A stretch of DNA of 64,000 nt from the human T2T-CHM13v2.0 reference genome, Homo sapiens: assembly GCF_009914755.1 (NCBI RefSeq), contig NC_060934.1; one strand, given 5' to 3'. The translations under genes were made by a program, and so were the position numbers. The notes under the pieces are model-generated. The model worked only from the letters and a program-made list of their open reading frames with translations, was not told the origin of the DNA and did no database searches. Shown here piece by piece: positions 1 to 17,669 of the stretch (position 1 is the stretch's first letter; the number at the start of each line of letters is the position of its first letter).

Positions 1-1275
1 ATTAAGCAGAAGTCAAAACTAACCGTGGCAACCTCTTCAACAACACTCAGCTCATGCTACAAGAGGCAACTAAAAACTGGGATTGACTGAGGGCATCACA
101 GGGCCACACGCCTGCCTCTCACACACCTGGAGCAGAGTCACTGCACTCTGCACACTGTCATTCCTCTCCTCCACTCCCTTTTCCTGCCCCACAAAGATGT
201 TGACTGTGTGAAGCAAAATGCACATACATTACTCCACTGTATACACTACCCCTTCTATCTCACTAATTCCCACAATTTCAATTCTAGATGCTGGTAATGC
301 CAAATCTAAGTCTCCAGCCCAGATCACTCTTCTGAACTCCAAACCACCACACACTAGAAATCTCACTGCCAATATCCCCAAAGCACCACACGCCATCCTC
401 CCCTACCTGGCTGTCCCCTGTCCCCGTGCTTCCAAACCAATGGAAAGAATTTTGTCCCACTGTCCAGGTGCCCAAATCAGAAACCTAGGCCTCATCCTTG
501 AGCAGACCTGCTTGCTCTCCACCACGAGCAACCTACACTGAGTTCACATCATTTTTACCTCCTGAATCCTTTCAGTCGCCATGTCTCTCCGTCTACACTG
601 TTGCTATGCCAGGTCCAGCCACTCTCCTCTCTCATCTGGGTTACTGCATCTCCGAGGATGATTATTTCAAACAGTAAAATTTGAATTCCTCATCCTCTCA
701 CTTCAAAGCCTCTAATGACTGCCCACTGCTCTTGGGACAGAGATTAAACACCTGGACGTGGCCTACGAGGCCACGAAGACTGACCTCTGCTCATCTCTCC
801 TGCCTTACCTCTCACTGCCATTATCCTACCACTTGCTCCTGTGGCTAGCAGCCCACCAGCCTGAACCGTCTTCCCTTCCTCCAATCGACCTTCACCATGT
901 CCTGGTTACCCTCTTACCCCTCCAGCTACCTTCTACTCAACATTCAGATCTCTAGCTTCCTCGACAAAGCCTTCCCTGTCCCTTTCTCTGTAAACAAGTT
1001 AACGACTCTTCCTTAGTGCACTCCACATTAACCCTGACAAAACACAAATCACCTTTACTGTAATTGTATGAGATCCTCCCTAAACTCTGTGAGAGCAGAG
1101 ATAATCTCTTCTTCAAATGATCTCAATGCCTACCTAATAGCAAGCAATTAATGAATGCTGGCTTTATTAAATTAAAACATTTTTTAAGATTGGAAGAAAA
1201 TATATCAACATGCTAAAAGAGATTATTTCAGAGTTGGGGAATCATAAGTGATTTTTGTTTTCTTACTAGAGCTCA

Positions 1276-1625
<350 letters not shown>

Positions 1626-4600
1626 TTACAAATAACTGAAGAGTAAATCATACAATGCTTGAAATATTAAAAATCATCTACTACACAACTGAAAAATAAT
1701 TTGTAGTTCTATAGAAAAACAATGAAATTTTGGTAAAGCCCTAACTTAAATGAGGCCTACCCTTATACTCCAACGTAACAAAATAACCTATGTCCACTTT
1801 GAAACCCTCCCTGCCTCCAGCTACAGTCACTGTCCCTGCCCTTCAACTGGGTGGAAAGGGCCAGACTACAAGAAGCCAGAGGCTACAAGAGACTCCGACA
1901 CTCTTCCTACAGAGTTTCTAAGCCATGCTCCTCACCAAGGCAGGGCCTGTCCAGGTGCCCCTTGAGCTCCCCAAGGAGAGTGGGACTCTGCCTGGCCCCT
2001 TCCATGGCAGCAAGCCTTTCTAAAAGGATTAAATGCACCAGCTTCTTTCTATCCTCCAAGGGGAATAAAAGAGTTATCATCAATATGCACTTAGCAGGGA
2101 TTAGGAAACAACCAATCAAAAGCTGTCTAAAATATTTTTACAACAAACTCACATTCAAATAAGCATAAACACATGCATATGTTTTTTCAGGTTATACAGT
2201 ATTTTTTTCTCTTTTATAATGTGCCTTCTGCAAACTGCTACATTGATGACTCACATTTTGTTATCTAAGGCTAGTATATTCTTCTGGCTGAACATCTATC
2301 TGGCATTATCAAGATGCCCTTTAATTTCTGCCATTTTCCCCTTTAGTAGAAAAAATTGGAGATTTTCACGCTGAGTTGAGATCTAGGAGCAGACCTAGAC
2401 TGTTGCTGGACCACAGCAGGACAATCAACTCCATTAACAGTCACATCGTCAACTGAACCACCCTTTCCTAACTCTTAATACCAGTGAGATGAACATGAGT
2501 AATGGCTAAGTGTACTACAGTGATTAGCATCAATTACCAAACAGACTACAATTCCTTTAATCTTTGATTACCATTGATTACCTAATAAATTTAGGGAAAG
2601 CCAATAGCTCCATGGTCAAATATATCAACCTGCAGGATGGAAATCTGCTAGTCATACCCAGAACTTACCAGGAACTACAAAGTAAAATATTTATCCTTGA
2701 AAGTTTATTAAATTCAATAACATTAGGAATTACCAAATGATATCCAAGACTTTAAAAAATTAACTGAGTTTGAAAGTCAATTTATTTCCTTTTCATTATA
2801 AGATTGAGGGGCCTATCATTATAATATGAATGGCAAAGTGAAAAGAAGGTGGTGTATCCATTATGAAGGGGAACACAGCAACCAGTACAGATGTTTATTA
2901 ACCATAAGCAATATGTTTCTCTGTCTTCTAGAAACACACATACAACACACATTTTTTAAAAAATAACAAATCAAACTTCTTTTACCATGAAGTTTCTTGG
3001 TATCACAGAGACACTGTTCCCATTTCAATGTTCATGGTCCTTAAAATTACAACACCAAAATCATCTCAAATTAGGGCCCCTCTACAGTTTGTAAGAGTTC
3101 ACAGGAAATATACATAGCCAATGAGGCAATAACAGCTCACACAGAACTTCATTTGACCTTAAGAGCTATTTTTCTGTAAGACATAAATATAGAGAACTCC
3201 CAAGTTCATCTGGTTCCAGAGGAGGATGTGTTATAAAGTTGTTAGGAAGATGTGGTCCAGTCCGCCCTGGTACATATGAGCGGGGGGGACCACACTCCTC
3301 TGTAAACTTCCACTCATGAGGAGCCCAGGTGTTTGTGGTGCAGCACCACATTCTCACAAGCCACTTCCACCAATACCATCTTAATAAAGACAATCTGGGA
3401 TGTAGTCCAATATGCCACATTATTTCATTATAGAGAAGAGGATATGAGCATTGATAGTTAATTGATTACAGCTGCTGTTCATTATTAGCCTTGACTTCAT
3501 TCTTAGTAGGATTGTCACCACCCAAGAGAGCATGTTTTAATTTTTAGATCAAAACTACACTGCAGGGATGACTTTAGTTCTCCTAGGACCTGAGCACTGG
3601 ACTCCACATAAGTGTGATGATAATAGGAAGGGAAGCAAAGAAAAGAAATGAAATGGGAAATAAGAAAATCCCAGAAACCATTTAAGGAAAGAAAGAGTCC
3701 TAGAAACCATTTGGAGGAGTTTGGGGTTGTCTAGTTACCAAAAACACCCAACAGAGTTGCAGAAAACAAGCCAACCAAAGAGCTTATTTGAAACAGAAAA
3801 AGCATTTTATTTGAAACAGAAAAAGCATATTAAAAAAATTAACAGTCATAGATAAGACCACACTAAATGCCCACTTGGAACTTCAACTTTTCCTTTGGTC
3901 TGGAATGTTTTCACATGCTTCCAAGCAAAATGTAATAGAATTCTCATCTTTGAAAAAATCCCCTGCTTCAATATAACTTCCTTGTAACAACAACAACACG
4001 ATGTTTAGCATTTAAAAATCTCCAAGTGTTTTCTTCCCCTTCCTACATCTATATAAATGCAACTGGCGTTCTAAAATATTCTAAAACTCCAAACACTCCT
4101 CACAGAAGTATTGATCTGCTAACTTAACGAAAGAGTAAGAAATAAAACACTAAACTCTGGAGACTAAAGAAACATGATCTTGACTCAGTTTATGGTTCAT
4201 ATTTGGCTCTCTACTAAGCATTTCGCTGCTGATGAGCTGGAGAGTAGGAAGAACTTTCGGCAGTTGCTGACTTCAGGCACACTGACACTACTGTAAAGGT
4301 TATCTCCAAATCATATATAGGGAGTGTCTGAGGTTTCCTGGGCACACCCCTCTAGCAACTACCTTGCTCTTACTCTTTATATAAGCCTACTGAAACACAA
4401 GGAGCTCGGACTTATCTGGGTTCAGTATGATGAAATATCCTACATAATTTACCGACCAATATTTTTACCAATACTGATTTCTACAGAGTCAATTTACAGT
4501 TTAAATATGGAAGTGCTCATAGTACTTTCTTTCAAAATAAAGTATTTCAGTCCTACCATATCAAATAGATTAAATGCTTATTCTTCTGGAATACAAAAGC

Positions 4601-5101
4601 CTTAATAGTTTATTTAAATTTCTAAAGAGAATAAAGATTAACATCTAAACATAGTTTTCTACCATTTTAGGTAGTCGCTTACGTTTTGGCATTAGAATTT
4701 ATTACATAAAGTTCATAGATTGGGAAGGGCAGAAAACACAGGGATCAGACAAGTAACTTCATTCAAAAACAAGAGAGAGAGCAAGCTATCTAGAAATGCT
4801 ATCATGCACACTCATTATAAAGGAAATTAGGGAGAATGGCTTCTTCAAAGCTCCAACTCTCCCCATGAATAGACTTTGTACTTACTGTAATGCTCACCTG
4901 GTCTCCTGCCAGAACAAATATTTTAATGTAAAATTTAATAAATGGAACTAAAGGTATTATGTCTAATTTAAAATTCCATATTGTGTAAACTATTGATATT
5001 AACATAATTGAGTTTGTAAACAATCCCTTTGTAGAAGCTAACCTTAGACATCGTATTGACCCAAAATATCTAGTGGGGCTCATCTGCAAAATGAAGCATC
5101 A

Positions 5102-5560
<459 letters not shown>

Positions 5561-6458
5561 TTAATCATTTGGCTAGGTTCTAGTACCAGTCAGAGAAACA
5601 TGCGGGATGTGTGTTTTACATGAGTATTATATTTATAAGGTCATACATTTTTGATCACCTAGGCATAAAAATCACAAATTTTTCTTTACAAAACATTAAC
5701 ACATTTCTAATTAAACTGATAGATGGGGTAATTAGAGACTATTTCCTTTCTTTTCAACATTAGAAATAGCTTGCTAAACAAGCATAAACTTACTATTTTT
5801 TACTCACTTTCTGGGGGAAAAAATCCCAAATATTTTTCATATATAAAGTTCCATTAATTTTTCTATAAAAAAGGGGCACTAATGTTTATTTTTTCAATCT
5901 GAATAGCATCAAAAAAGCAGGACAGAGAACACCACAACCTATAGCTTATACTGTTGAAAAGTCACTTGGTGATCATATTATCTTTTAATAGAAAAAATTA
6001 AATTTTAAGGCCATAAACAAGTCTGAATAATAGGTCTGCTCTCAAAATTAGAACATAACAGATGATTCTGTCATATTACTAGCAGATGCAAAAAAAAGCA
6101 CAGTTTAAAGACTCAACAATACAAAAGGTCTTTTTAATATTTCAAAGCAGAAATTGATTCAGGGAGTTTACCAAAGGTACGAAAAGATCATAGCTATTAA
6201 GATTTTAAATAAGGAATATGGGTCAAAGAGAAATAATTTAACCTTAACCCCTCCCCCTGCAAAAAACAGAAGTTGATATTTTTCTTTCTCCATCAATGAT
6301 ATGTTTAATCTATAACCTAAAAATAAAGTTAAAAAAGGAAAAATACAAAAAAATTTTCGGAGAGTGGAAGAAACACTTAACAACAGGGAATGGTATGAAG
6401 ATTATATCCCAAGTTACAAAATCTAAAGCAAAAACCACTTGAATTAAAAGATGATAGG

Positions 6459-6875
<417 letters not shown>

Positions 6876-7457
6876 CTATAGGTATGTCTACCTAAAATCT
6901 CATTTTGGACTTCAGCTCATTTAACTGGTTTTATTTAATCTCCTCTCAGTAAATACGTCATAATTAACTTTCTCCCAGTATTTTGCAAAGCAATTCTAGA
7001 AGTTTGACTCTAGCTGTTCCATTATTACCTATTACATAAGGAAAACTCTAAATGAGAACTTTGCTGCTTATTAAGTTTGCTAATTATAATACACACACTG
7101 GATATGCACCTTGGAGAAAAGAACTAAAAATCAAAACACGATGAAGTGTAGTACAGATACAAGATCATTTAATTTGGGAAGAAGGACAAATTCCGAAAAT
7201 ATGTGGTATGTAATCAGAGAATAATGGCTACCACTTAAGGAACCAACTGCTGAGGAGGCACCAGGCCAGGTGGTTTGGACACAGCCTCACAATCAACTTG
7301 CACAAAGGAGATTATCAGCACACTTTATAATTAGGAAACAAAAGCTCAGAATGGTTAAGTAACTTGCCAAAGGTGACATCGCTAGAAAAAAATGAGCAAG
7401 CCAGAGCTGAAATCCAGAACTGTATGTTTCCAAAGTGATTCTGGAAATGATCTAGAC

Positions 7458-7652
7458 CAATAGTTCTCAGCCAGGGGTAATTCTTCTCCCTATGGGACAT
7501 TTGGCAATGTCTAAAGACATTTTTGTTACAACCAGAGAAGTGCAATAGTAGAGGCCAGAGAAGCTGTTCAATATCTGATACTGCACAGGTCAGTCCCCAC
7601 AGCAACAAATTATTTAGCCCTAAGTGTCAATTGTGTCAAGGTCGAGAAACCC
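7458..7652. mobile_element. MER20 hAT element
   Basis: gttctcagccagggg...acatttggcaatgtct...gagaaaccct. Confidence 0.75.
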
Positions 7653-10612
7653 TCATTTAGAACAAAAGCTGGTTCATGAACTGGCTACACTAGAATAATC
7701 TCAACTTTTGAAAAAGACACACTGCAAAAAGCTCTCCAAAAAAACTGATGTGCAATTAGTTTCCAGAATCACTACATTCTAGTCAGTTGACCTCTTTTTG
7801 CTGAGATACAGAACAACTGGACCAGCTCCTCCAGTCGGGGAACAAAATCTCCCAGTGATTATTCTAGTGTATTACTCCTACACCACACTGCCTCCATCCT
7901 ACATGGGTCCAACAACTCTTTTTGCTTGGGGCTCATCAACTTAACTAAAGTAGGGAGAGTGCGGAAAGGAGCAGTTGAGAAATTATTAAAGAAATGGTAA
8001 ACAGCATAGGATCCCAAAAGGAACCTGAGAGGGGGTTAAGACAACTAGATTCTGTGTGGCCCAGGAAAGGCAGCATACAATGTGCTGGGTGTTTCCTCAT
8101 CTACAAATCTAATCTTCGACGGCTTTCAAACAGCATGTGAGTGTGTTTACAAGAAGATGAACAGCACTAAGAAAATGACATTAAAAAAAATCTTACTAGG
8201 CAGCATGTAAGTCATATCTCTAGCAGGATCCCCAAAAACTAGGGATAGTTACAAAGATAGCAAAGAGTGGCTCTTTCTTTCCACACAATACACGAAGGCC
8301 CTCAGATGGTATTTAAAGGAAATTCACTTGCAGATTAAAAGCACTAGCCACACAGCTGGTAGATGATATACATAGCTGGTGTTGCTAGATGAGGAATATA
8401 AGGGCCTGAGCTCAGGTTTCAGCTGTGCCACTAACTGACTTTGGTTTTATTGCTTTACCTTCCTAATAATAAACAGTGTAAACCAATTACATAGTTTAAA
8501 TAAAAACATATTATAGAATCTAGTTTTCAAAATTTTTGAAAAGCATATAAAAATTACTCTTTAGGGACAGTTAAAGATTTTTATGAATATACAACATAAA
8601 AAAATTTATTCTGCTATCCCTTGAGACTGAGGCATCACAATGTGACCACAAATAATTGGTGTACATTGGCATTGCCACACTAACCCAAGATTGCATTTAC
8701 TAGTGTGGCTGAAAATAAGGTCAAAAGATTGAAGTTTGTCATTTGACTGCTAAATTAGATAGACAAATATACTTGCTGGGCAAACTTTCAAAACAGAAAT
8801 TTAAAAGTTAAACACTATCTTGCAGAAAATGTACTTAAATGGCTAATTGTACCTTCTGACTCCCTTGTGTACAACTCTATACCCTGTCAATTCAATTCCA
8901 CAGAATGCAGCAAATACAGTAAAAAAATATATCTACAGTTTAAAATTAAATTGGCCCCGCTAAAACGCAATCATAAAAGAAAAATGGAGACTCTATCAAT
9001 CCTATTAATTTTTTTCATACAGCAAAAGAAAATGAACAGAAGTTTTATGACATAAAATATTTAAAATCCTGTTTTTGCAGAGATTAAAAAAACACAATAC
9101 TTTCCAGGAATGTGCAATTAAGACTAATTTTTAAAAAACGAATATTATTTATATTAACTACTATAGAGTTTTGTTAATACACTGAATCCTAAATACTTTT
9201 AGTAAGCAAAGTTTAGTACTATTAATTGTGAAATATCTTTGCTAGAAAATCTGACATTTATACAAAAATGCAGACTCAACTTGATCCTTGAGGATATCTG
9301 CCAAATCACTTACTACAAATACACAGAAGTATCCTGTCTTTTTTAAATCAATTTAATCTATAATTTGGGTATTCCTTTTGCTAGTACAACACTGATGGTA
9401 TTTGGCTTGTTTCTTAACAAAGAATCACTGTAGAGAAAACAAAAAGAGTTGCCAATAAAAGTGGCCTTTATTTACCTTTCCATAGTTAATTCTCATTTGG
9501 GAGAAGCAATAAACAAAGCAACCACCTCTGTAAATATTACTACAGATTCAGATTTCAACTTCTACACGGCTGTTCCTCTGTCCAGTTAAAGCAATCACAT
9601 CAAGTCACTTCACATCTTTAGAGTTTGGCTTTCTATAATGTTTAGTGGGATAAAAAAACTACTCTTCACTCTCCCCTACCCCAATGGAGAGAAAAATTAA
9701 AACTATAATATAAGCTCTTTGAGAGAAAATATAAAGAGCATGCTGTTTTTAAGTAGACTTCTTCCACAAGTTTAGGGCATGGCTGACAGCTGAATCTATA
9801 AAGGAGACCAAACTTAATCATCTCGAACAAAGAACTTTGCATCCTGCTCCCAACTACAAATTGATTATACAAAAGAGACAGAAAGAAGCTATGTAATGGT
9901 TTAACTTCCTATATGCATCTAAGAAGCCTTCCTAAAGTATCTTGTTAAGTAAATCCCAGGAGTGACGAGACTGAAAATGTTCCTCAGTATTTACATTCAT
10001 CACGGGAGACTGGCCAGCCCTTAGAGACAACATGAACACATCTATCAGGCAGCATCCGGTCATCTCCAATGCTTGGCCACTTACACATGAAACCTGGCTT
10101 CAAATAGCAACTTAATCATCAAGGTGTTGCCCATATCTTCTCTTTTGACATTAGAATGACATCCTACATAAAATATTTAGATGCACATTTGGTCAGCTCA
10201 AAAATATTATACCCTCAGGTACAATATAAGACACTCAAAAAAAATGTCAAAAGTTTTTTATTTCCACATAGAAGAAAAAAAATCCTTCCCAATATTGATT
10301 TTAATATGCAACTCTTCCTATTAATCTTATTTAAGAAATTAGGAGTTTGGCACCTTAAAATTACTAAGAACAAAAAAATTATTCAACATAAATGGCTTTT
10401 AAATGTGTTGCTTTTAGTCTGCTGAGGCAGGTCCATATAGATTCATCAGTTTACAAACATACCCAATGCACATTTTAGTCAACTTATTATCATCCAATTT
10501 TAATGAACAGCACGTGGCTATAATTTCATTTGACAGTATCTGTTTTTGCAACAAATTGCTGCAAGTACCTTCAGGGCCCACAGGTAACTACTATGTAATT
10601 CCTAAAATGTTA

Positions 10613-10825
<213 letters not shown>

Positions 10826-12420
10826 TTATTTTGATCACAAGACAGATTTAAAAAGATAGCTCCTGATAATGTACAAGAAAAAACAGGCAAATTAGAACGG
10901 TCTCTTAGGTTAATGCTGCCATTATTACCCAAAACACTGATATTCAAAGAGGAAAAACAATTCTCTTCTCCAGCCATCTCAATTCATTTCTTATGTAAAT
11001 TATTATAGCTGCTCTAGAAATATTTCTTTAAGGTCTCATTTCATTATCAAAACTACTTGCTCCTCTTCTGGCATACCCTAAGGGAAAATTTCTCTGCTGG
11101 TTCGTAAGACATGAAATTAGTCCTAGAAAAGATTCAGTAAAAATTTCAATATAATTGAGTGTCTTCACAACCGCAATACTATGTAACAAAAAATAGATTT
11201 TATTTATAATTACTATTTCTGTTCTAAAGATATGATAGTCACAGCATAAAACAACAAAGCCCCTTAAACATAAAGCAAATTTGGGGTCAAAATCACTGAA
11301 TCAGGTTCACATTACTGATTACTTAACTGGGGGAAGAGGCATCAGCAATATACAAGCACTGATAGTGCTACCACTCAAAAAAATGTGTTCACTGAATAAA
11401 ATCTAAGTTACAAATTTAGTAATATGATACTTTCAGATATAAAATAAGGTGAACACTTATATTTCAGAAGGAAATATATTTCATCTAAATATCTGAAAGT
11501 CTTAGCAATACACCAAGGTTGTGGAGAAGGTGCACCCATTTAACCAGACTAATTTTGCATTTACATAACTATAATGGACTCTAGTTGTCGTGAGTGGGGA
11601 AAAAAAAAAAGCCTCAAATTCTATTCACTTTCAAAATAAAAAGATGATGTTTTCATTCAGCATGGTGCAACTGATGCTCTGAATTTCACAAAATGGTGGA
11701 AATGGAATAAAACAATAATACAGAGAAATGCTTTCAAACTACAATAAAAAAAAAACTCATAGGAAGCGAGTAAGAGCAGCAACACATATAAGGCATTTAT
11801 CTGCCACTGACTATGCAAGAGTAAGAGAGAATGTCCGAGGGAAGGCAAGAGAAAATGAAAGGGTAATACTACACATGCTGCCTGGCCAAAGGTATGGTGT
11901 GTTGTCCAGTATCCATTACAAAACCACACAGAGCCCAGTGCTAGTATGTAGGTAGCTACTGGTGGACCTTAAAGCACATCCTCTGATAAACTCTTGCCTT
12001 GTTGAAAATTTCAACTCTTCAAGGTAACAAAAGGAAGGGCTAGCTGAAATTTACTTGTGATCAACAAGAACTGGTTATCTGAAATTGCACTACACGGTAG
12101 TAAAGGACCTATAAATAAGATCAATGAAGCACTGTTGGTCATTTCCAGAGAAGAACAGCAAATGGAAGAGGCAGTATATGGCCAAGTCTAAGGAAATAGC
12201 TATCATCTAACAACAGTTTAATAAGTGATACTTTTTATAAAAAAATTTAATGTCCTTTTTGTGCTTAACTTCTAAAGGCAATCTCTTCTTCTCCACTGGT
12301 ATTTTTTTTCCTTAAAAATTATCTCCATGCAATGGACAAAATGAATTATCTCTAGGTGGCTATAAAAGTCTTCTGGGTTTCATGTTATTTACAAATTTAG
12401 TTAAATGCAATGGTGTACAA

Positions 12421-12667
12421 CAATCGTTCTTGACAGGGGGCAATTCTGTCCCTTCAACCCCACCCTGGGGTAATCTGACAATGCCCAGAGATATTCTTGG
12501 TTGTTAGAACTGTGGAAGGAGTCGGGAGGATATACTACTACTGGCATCTTGCAGGTGAGTCCAGGTATGCTGCTAAACATCCTACACCACACAGGACAGC
12601 CCCCAAACCCCTCGGTAAAAAGTTATCAAGTCTCAAATGTCAATAATGTCAAAGCCAAGAAGCCCTG
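12421..12667. mobile_element. MER20 hAT element
   Basis: Same motifs; tgctgctaaacatcctaca...caaatgtcaataatg. Confidence 0.7.
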
Positions 12668-15600
12668 GCATATAGGTATCCCTTACTATCAAAACTTAGA
12701 AACTGAACAGATATATATACACTTTCCTGATACACATATCTGAATTCTTGCTACTCACTCTGAAATTCAGCAGTCGAGGAGTTTACATAATGAGAGAGTC
12801 CTCGGTATCAAAACTATGAACGCAGAGCCAAACTTCTGCATAACAAAGGATACTTGTATTTAGCAAACTTGTGGATAACATAAACCTTGGAAGAATCACA
12901 GCCACTTAAACATACTTCACTTTGCAATTTCTCCAAGATAATTTTACAGAAGGAGAAATAAAAACACCAGAATATATTGCCTTTTGAAGTTTGGCACAAG
13001 GCCATTAAATATTTTATATACAGGGTATCACTTTTTAAACTTCATTGATATATGATGACCATTTCCTTAGACTTAGCCAGTCAATCTTTGTGGCTGCTAA
13101 ATTTCCCACCACATCACTCTGCATCGACAAGATTCAGTTTCCTCCTCCTCCCTCCCTCCTAAAATATACAGGCATCTTGTCGCCACAGAACTCAGCACCT
13201 AGGAAACCACATAAGCCACTACAGAAACGATTGCATTCTAGTGCCTTCCGCTTCATAAAGAAAGATGAAAAGGGCCAAACATTTATTCAGTTTGGCTAAA
13301 GGATGACTAAAAGTGGTGGGGAAAATCATTATTGCCTGCAAGTATTTGTATCATTGTGAAGACAAATTGCCCCAGTAGAATTATACACATATTAAAGACA
13401 GAAAATATCATGGTTATAAAACCACATGCATACAGAGCTCAGGCGAAGAGATTCTTCTGTTACATAAGCAATACTTCCTCATGTGACTTGTAGCCAAAAT
13501 AGACCTGACCATCTGATGAGGGTCCACTGAAGCAGCACAGCTAAAGATGGGGCCGACAAGTACACCACAACACACTAGGGAAAGGGGGAGAACCAGGTTC
13601 ATCTGCACATACACAGAAACGTGCCTTCCTCATCCCAGACGCTGCCAAGAGACTTTAAGGGCTCTCTTTAACATGTCTAACCAGCCTGTACTGTAGTCTG
13701 GCAGGCTGAGTAGTCTGTCTGGCCAGCAGATATAAAGGATTCTGTATATAAACATCCTGGGTTTGACATATGCAGAAGTGCAGGCCCAGGCACAAAAGTC
13801 TGAGCTCAGACTAGCTATAGTCAAATCCTGGTGCCATTTACTAGCTCATGAACCCTCAGCAAGTAACTTAACTTCATCAGCATCTAAGTTTCCTCCACTG
13901 AGATGGGGAGAACAGCAGCACCTACTTCACTGGGTTCTGGGAAGGATTAAATAAGGTGTCACATATAAAGCACCTTAGCACAGAACCTAGATTAGGAAGT
14001 GCTTAATAAACTACTATAGTATTATATAAAACCACATACATTTTCTGAAATCCTCACGACAACCCTGCAGCAGATACTATTACTATGTTCACTGAAAGAA
14101 GAGAAAGCAAGTTACGTATGTGGCCCAATGCAATGTGCATATTGCAACGTACTCTGTTTAACAGAACTACCTGAACATGTATACTTAAACAGAAACTATG
14201 ATAGCTCATCAAATGGATGCTCAGTTAATTATTATGAATAATGTGCTCACCATAGGAGTAAAGATACCTAGTCTTCAGATGGTACCTGTTGGAATATCTC
14301 AATTTAAAAATTCTGTCACAAATTTGTAAATAGTAAACTGTCATTAAGTATGGCAGTCTTTTACATGATAGTAACAAAAATAGATACAGATTGACTTAAA
14401 ATTGGTAGGGAGTGGGTAAGAATTAAAATCTGGGCCAAGTGAGCTGAAATCTTAAAAATTAGAAATGACCTCAAAATGTCTAAATTCTGTTATTTCAAAA
14501 AGTAGACCAGTTAACTGAGAAAAAGCAGAAGGGGGCAGTAAATAGTCCAATATTTACCCTTTTAGAAAACAAATAACTTTTTCATGTTCTCTATTCTCTC
14601 ATTTTAAAAAATCCACACACGTAATAGTCACAGCTGCAGCCACATAAAACGAAGTGGTGGGCATGGTGTTCACTGGCTGTGTTTCTAGCTCCTCACACAA
14701 CTGCCAGATTCAGCCTGCTGTCAACTCCACTGGCAGCCAATTACAAGAGAAGCTGGGAACAAACATAAACCTACAATTCCAGTCAGATGCAGACAGAGAA
14801 AACACTCCCTGGTTTCCCTACATTCAGGTAGGAATGAGAATCTGGCCCAGGCTGTGGGGCCTGGGGCTGAGACTGCAATAATCATCTGTCAGAAGCAACT
14901 CAGACCCAGCACAACCAGTTGAACGACACCAGGAACAATGCTTCCCCCAGTTGTAACCTATTAGGGTGCCGCATCAATGGAACCCTGAAAGCTAGTTGCT
15001 GCCATTTAAAGTTAATTTATTTTAGAAGAATTTTCAGCATTCCAAGGATGTTCAAAATAAATAAGTGGAAAGACACAGCTAGCTACCACCGTGCCATACC
15101 ATGTATGCAGCCTCCTCATCTCTGTGCACCTGCATTCCTGTACTGTCCCCAAATCCTTCCCCTTACATATCCACACATTCAGCAGACCTTTCAAACCCTC
15201 ACTCATGCAGCACCACCATGCACAGAAACCTCCCATGACCAGCCAGACTTAGGTGTCCTGTCTTCCAAGGGCCCTCCCAATCCCGTGACATCTTGGACAC
15301 ACCTGGGATCTCTACTACAGTGCCCATCAAGTGTAGCATATTGTGAAATCCATACCAGTGTCCTCCACTGGACTGGAAGCCACCTGGGGACAAACACTGT
15401 CTTAGCCATTTTTATAGCACTAGAGACTGGTATAATGCCTCCTCATGGCAGACCGTTAAGTGCTGAATGAATGAATGAAGTTCATAATTCGGTTAGGGAA
15501 AAGGAAGACACAGACAGAGAAGCGTGACTTGAAAATGGTCAAATGGGGTCATCCAGAAATGGGTTCTGGAAACTTTCTGTTCTGTCTCATTTAGAGCCTA

Positions 15601-16164
15601 CCTCTTGCTGCATTTCCTACTCCTTCTACCCATATGACTTTAAAGCACTGCTCCTAGCTCTGTCCACTGGATAAAAATGGTTAAGGTTCGCTACAAAAAA
15701 ATGACCCATAATGAGGGTGGCTGCAACATCAGAGAAGTTCTTAATTTAGAATCTTATAACAAAAAAAAAAAAAGATAAGGAGAAGGAAAGCTCATCATTT
15801 TGAACAATAAAAAGGTAAATAAATAAAAATTGTGTGAGTGATTTAAGTCTGAGCTCCATTTTTTGGGTTCATCACCAGTAGGTCTCCTCTGTAAGGAGCC
15901 TGGTTTCTGCACGCCAGCTGATGGAAAGAACCAGGAGCCCTGAGTTTGCTCCCAAGCTTCCCCAGGACCAGGTGGGAAAGGCTGGACAAAAGAAGCACCT
16001 TCTTATGAAAGAATTCTTATGATGGGAAAAAAGTCTAGACTTAAACTATATTTACATTACTAGGAAGGAAATAGTGTTTTTGATGTTCCCACTTTCATTT
16101 TTTTCTTTAATCTATACATGTAAAAGTCACAGCTGCACCCAAATAAAGTAAGTGTGTTGTTCAT

Positions 16165-16471
<307 letters not shown>

Positions 16472-17359
16472 CCATCAGGGCATTTTCTAACTCCTAAAGC
16501 CCGTCTCAGGCTCCAGTGGTGGTCACTAGAAGAGAACCCAACAACAGACACAGATTTAAGATAACCACAGAGAAGTGAAAACCGAATGTAGGCAAAAGAG
16601 GTGCATTACAGGCATTTAACTGGTAAGGGGAGGCCTGAACTTTAGAAAATATAATGTAACATTGTTGAATCTGCCTCCTCCACCACAAAATGAGCCAAAT
16701 AATGACTTTTTATGAGGACTAAATGAAATTACGTATGTACATTATACTTTTGAAACTACATAAATTTCAGATGCTATAACAGTTGGCAGATTACACAAAA
16801 AGATTGAGAAATTTTAATTAATTGCAGGTTAAATGTGAATAAAAAATAACAAATGTCAAAACACCTATTGCAGTCTTGAGCCAGCAGGAGCTCAGTTCAA
16901 CCCCCAAGCATAGCAGACTGTCATGCTAGCTCACTCCATACTGGTCAGTCAAGATCAGCAGGACATTCCAGTCAGGACATCCTATCATCCAGGACAGCAA
17001 GGAGGCTGGAAATCAAGCCAAAAGAGAAGACACAAAAGAGATACAAGAGAAGGATCTGGTACATCTACCTCAGAATACAACTGTGAGAAACCATACTGCA
17101 ATCCTGACCTACCTACACTTAGAACCAAGGGGCATGTTGCACGGTTTGTCCCCTAGACAGATGTCTAGTGCCCCCTAGTGTGTTCAAAGGAGAAATAATT
17201 ACATTTCTTCCCAATATTGATACTGTACTTATATTTTTATAGATATTTTATCATTAAGTGGGCCTTAAGCTTATTTTAAAAAAGTATGAAAGGTACCAAA
17301 AGCATAACATCAATAAAACAAAGTTTGTAACAGCTAATGATTTTACTATGCCTATGATA

Positions 17360-17669
17360 CGTTGAACAGCCCTTATCCAAAATGCTTGGGACAAGAAGTG
17401 TTTTGGATTTTGGAATATTTGCATATACACAATGAGATATGTTGGGATGGGACCCAAGACTAAATACGAATTCATTTATGTTTCATATATAACTTATACA
17501 CATAGGCTGAAGGTAATTTTATACAATATTTTGTGCATGAAACGAAGTTTTGACTGTGTCTTGACTGAGACCCAACATATGAGGTCAAATATGGAATTTT
17601 CCACTTGTGGCATCACGTTGCTAAAAAATTTTCAGATTTTGGATTTTCGGACTAGGGATGGTCAACCTG
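17360..17669. mobile_element. Tigger4/MER46-type DNA transposon (MITE)
   Basis: TA-flanked with inverted ends; cccttatccaaaatgcttgggac motif. Confidence 0.75.

Noticed and set aside
14919-15470. 183-aa plus-strand ORF
   Set aside because: TTG start, no recognisable domain, antisense within an intron
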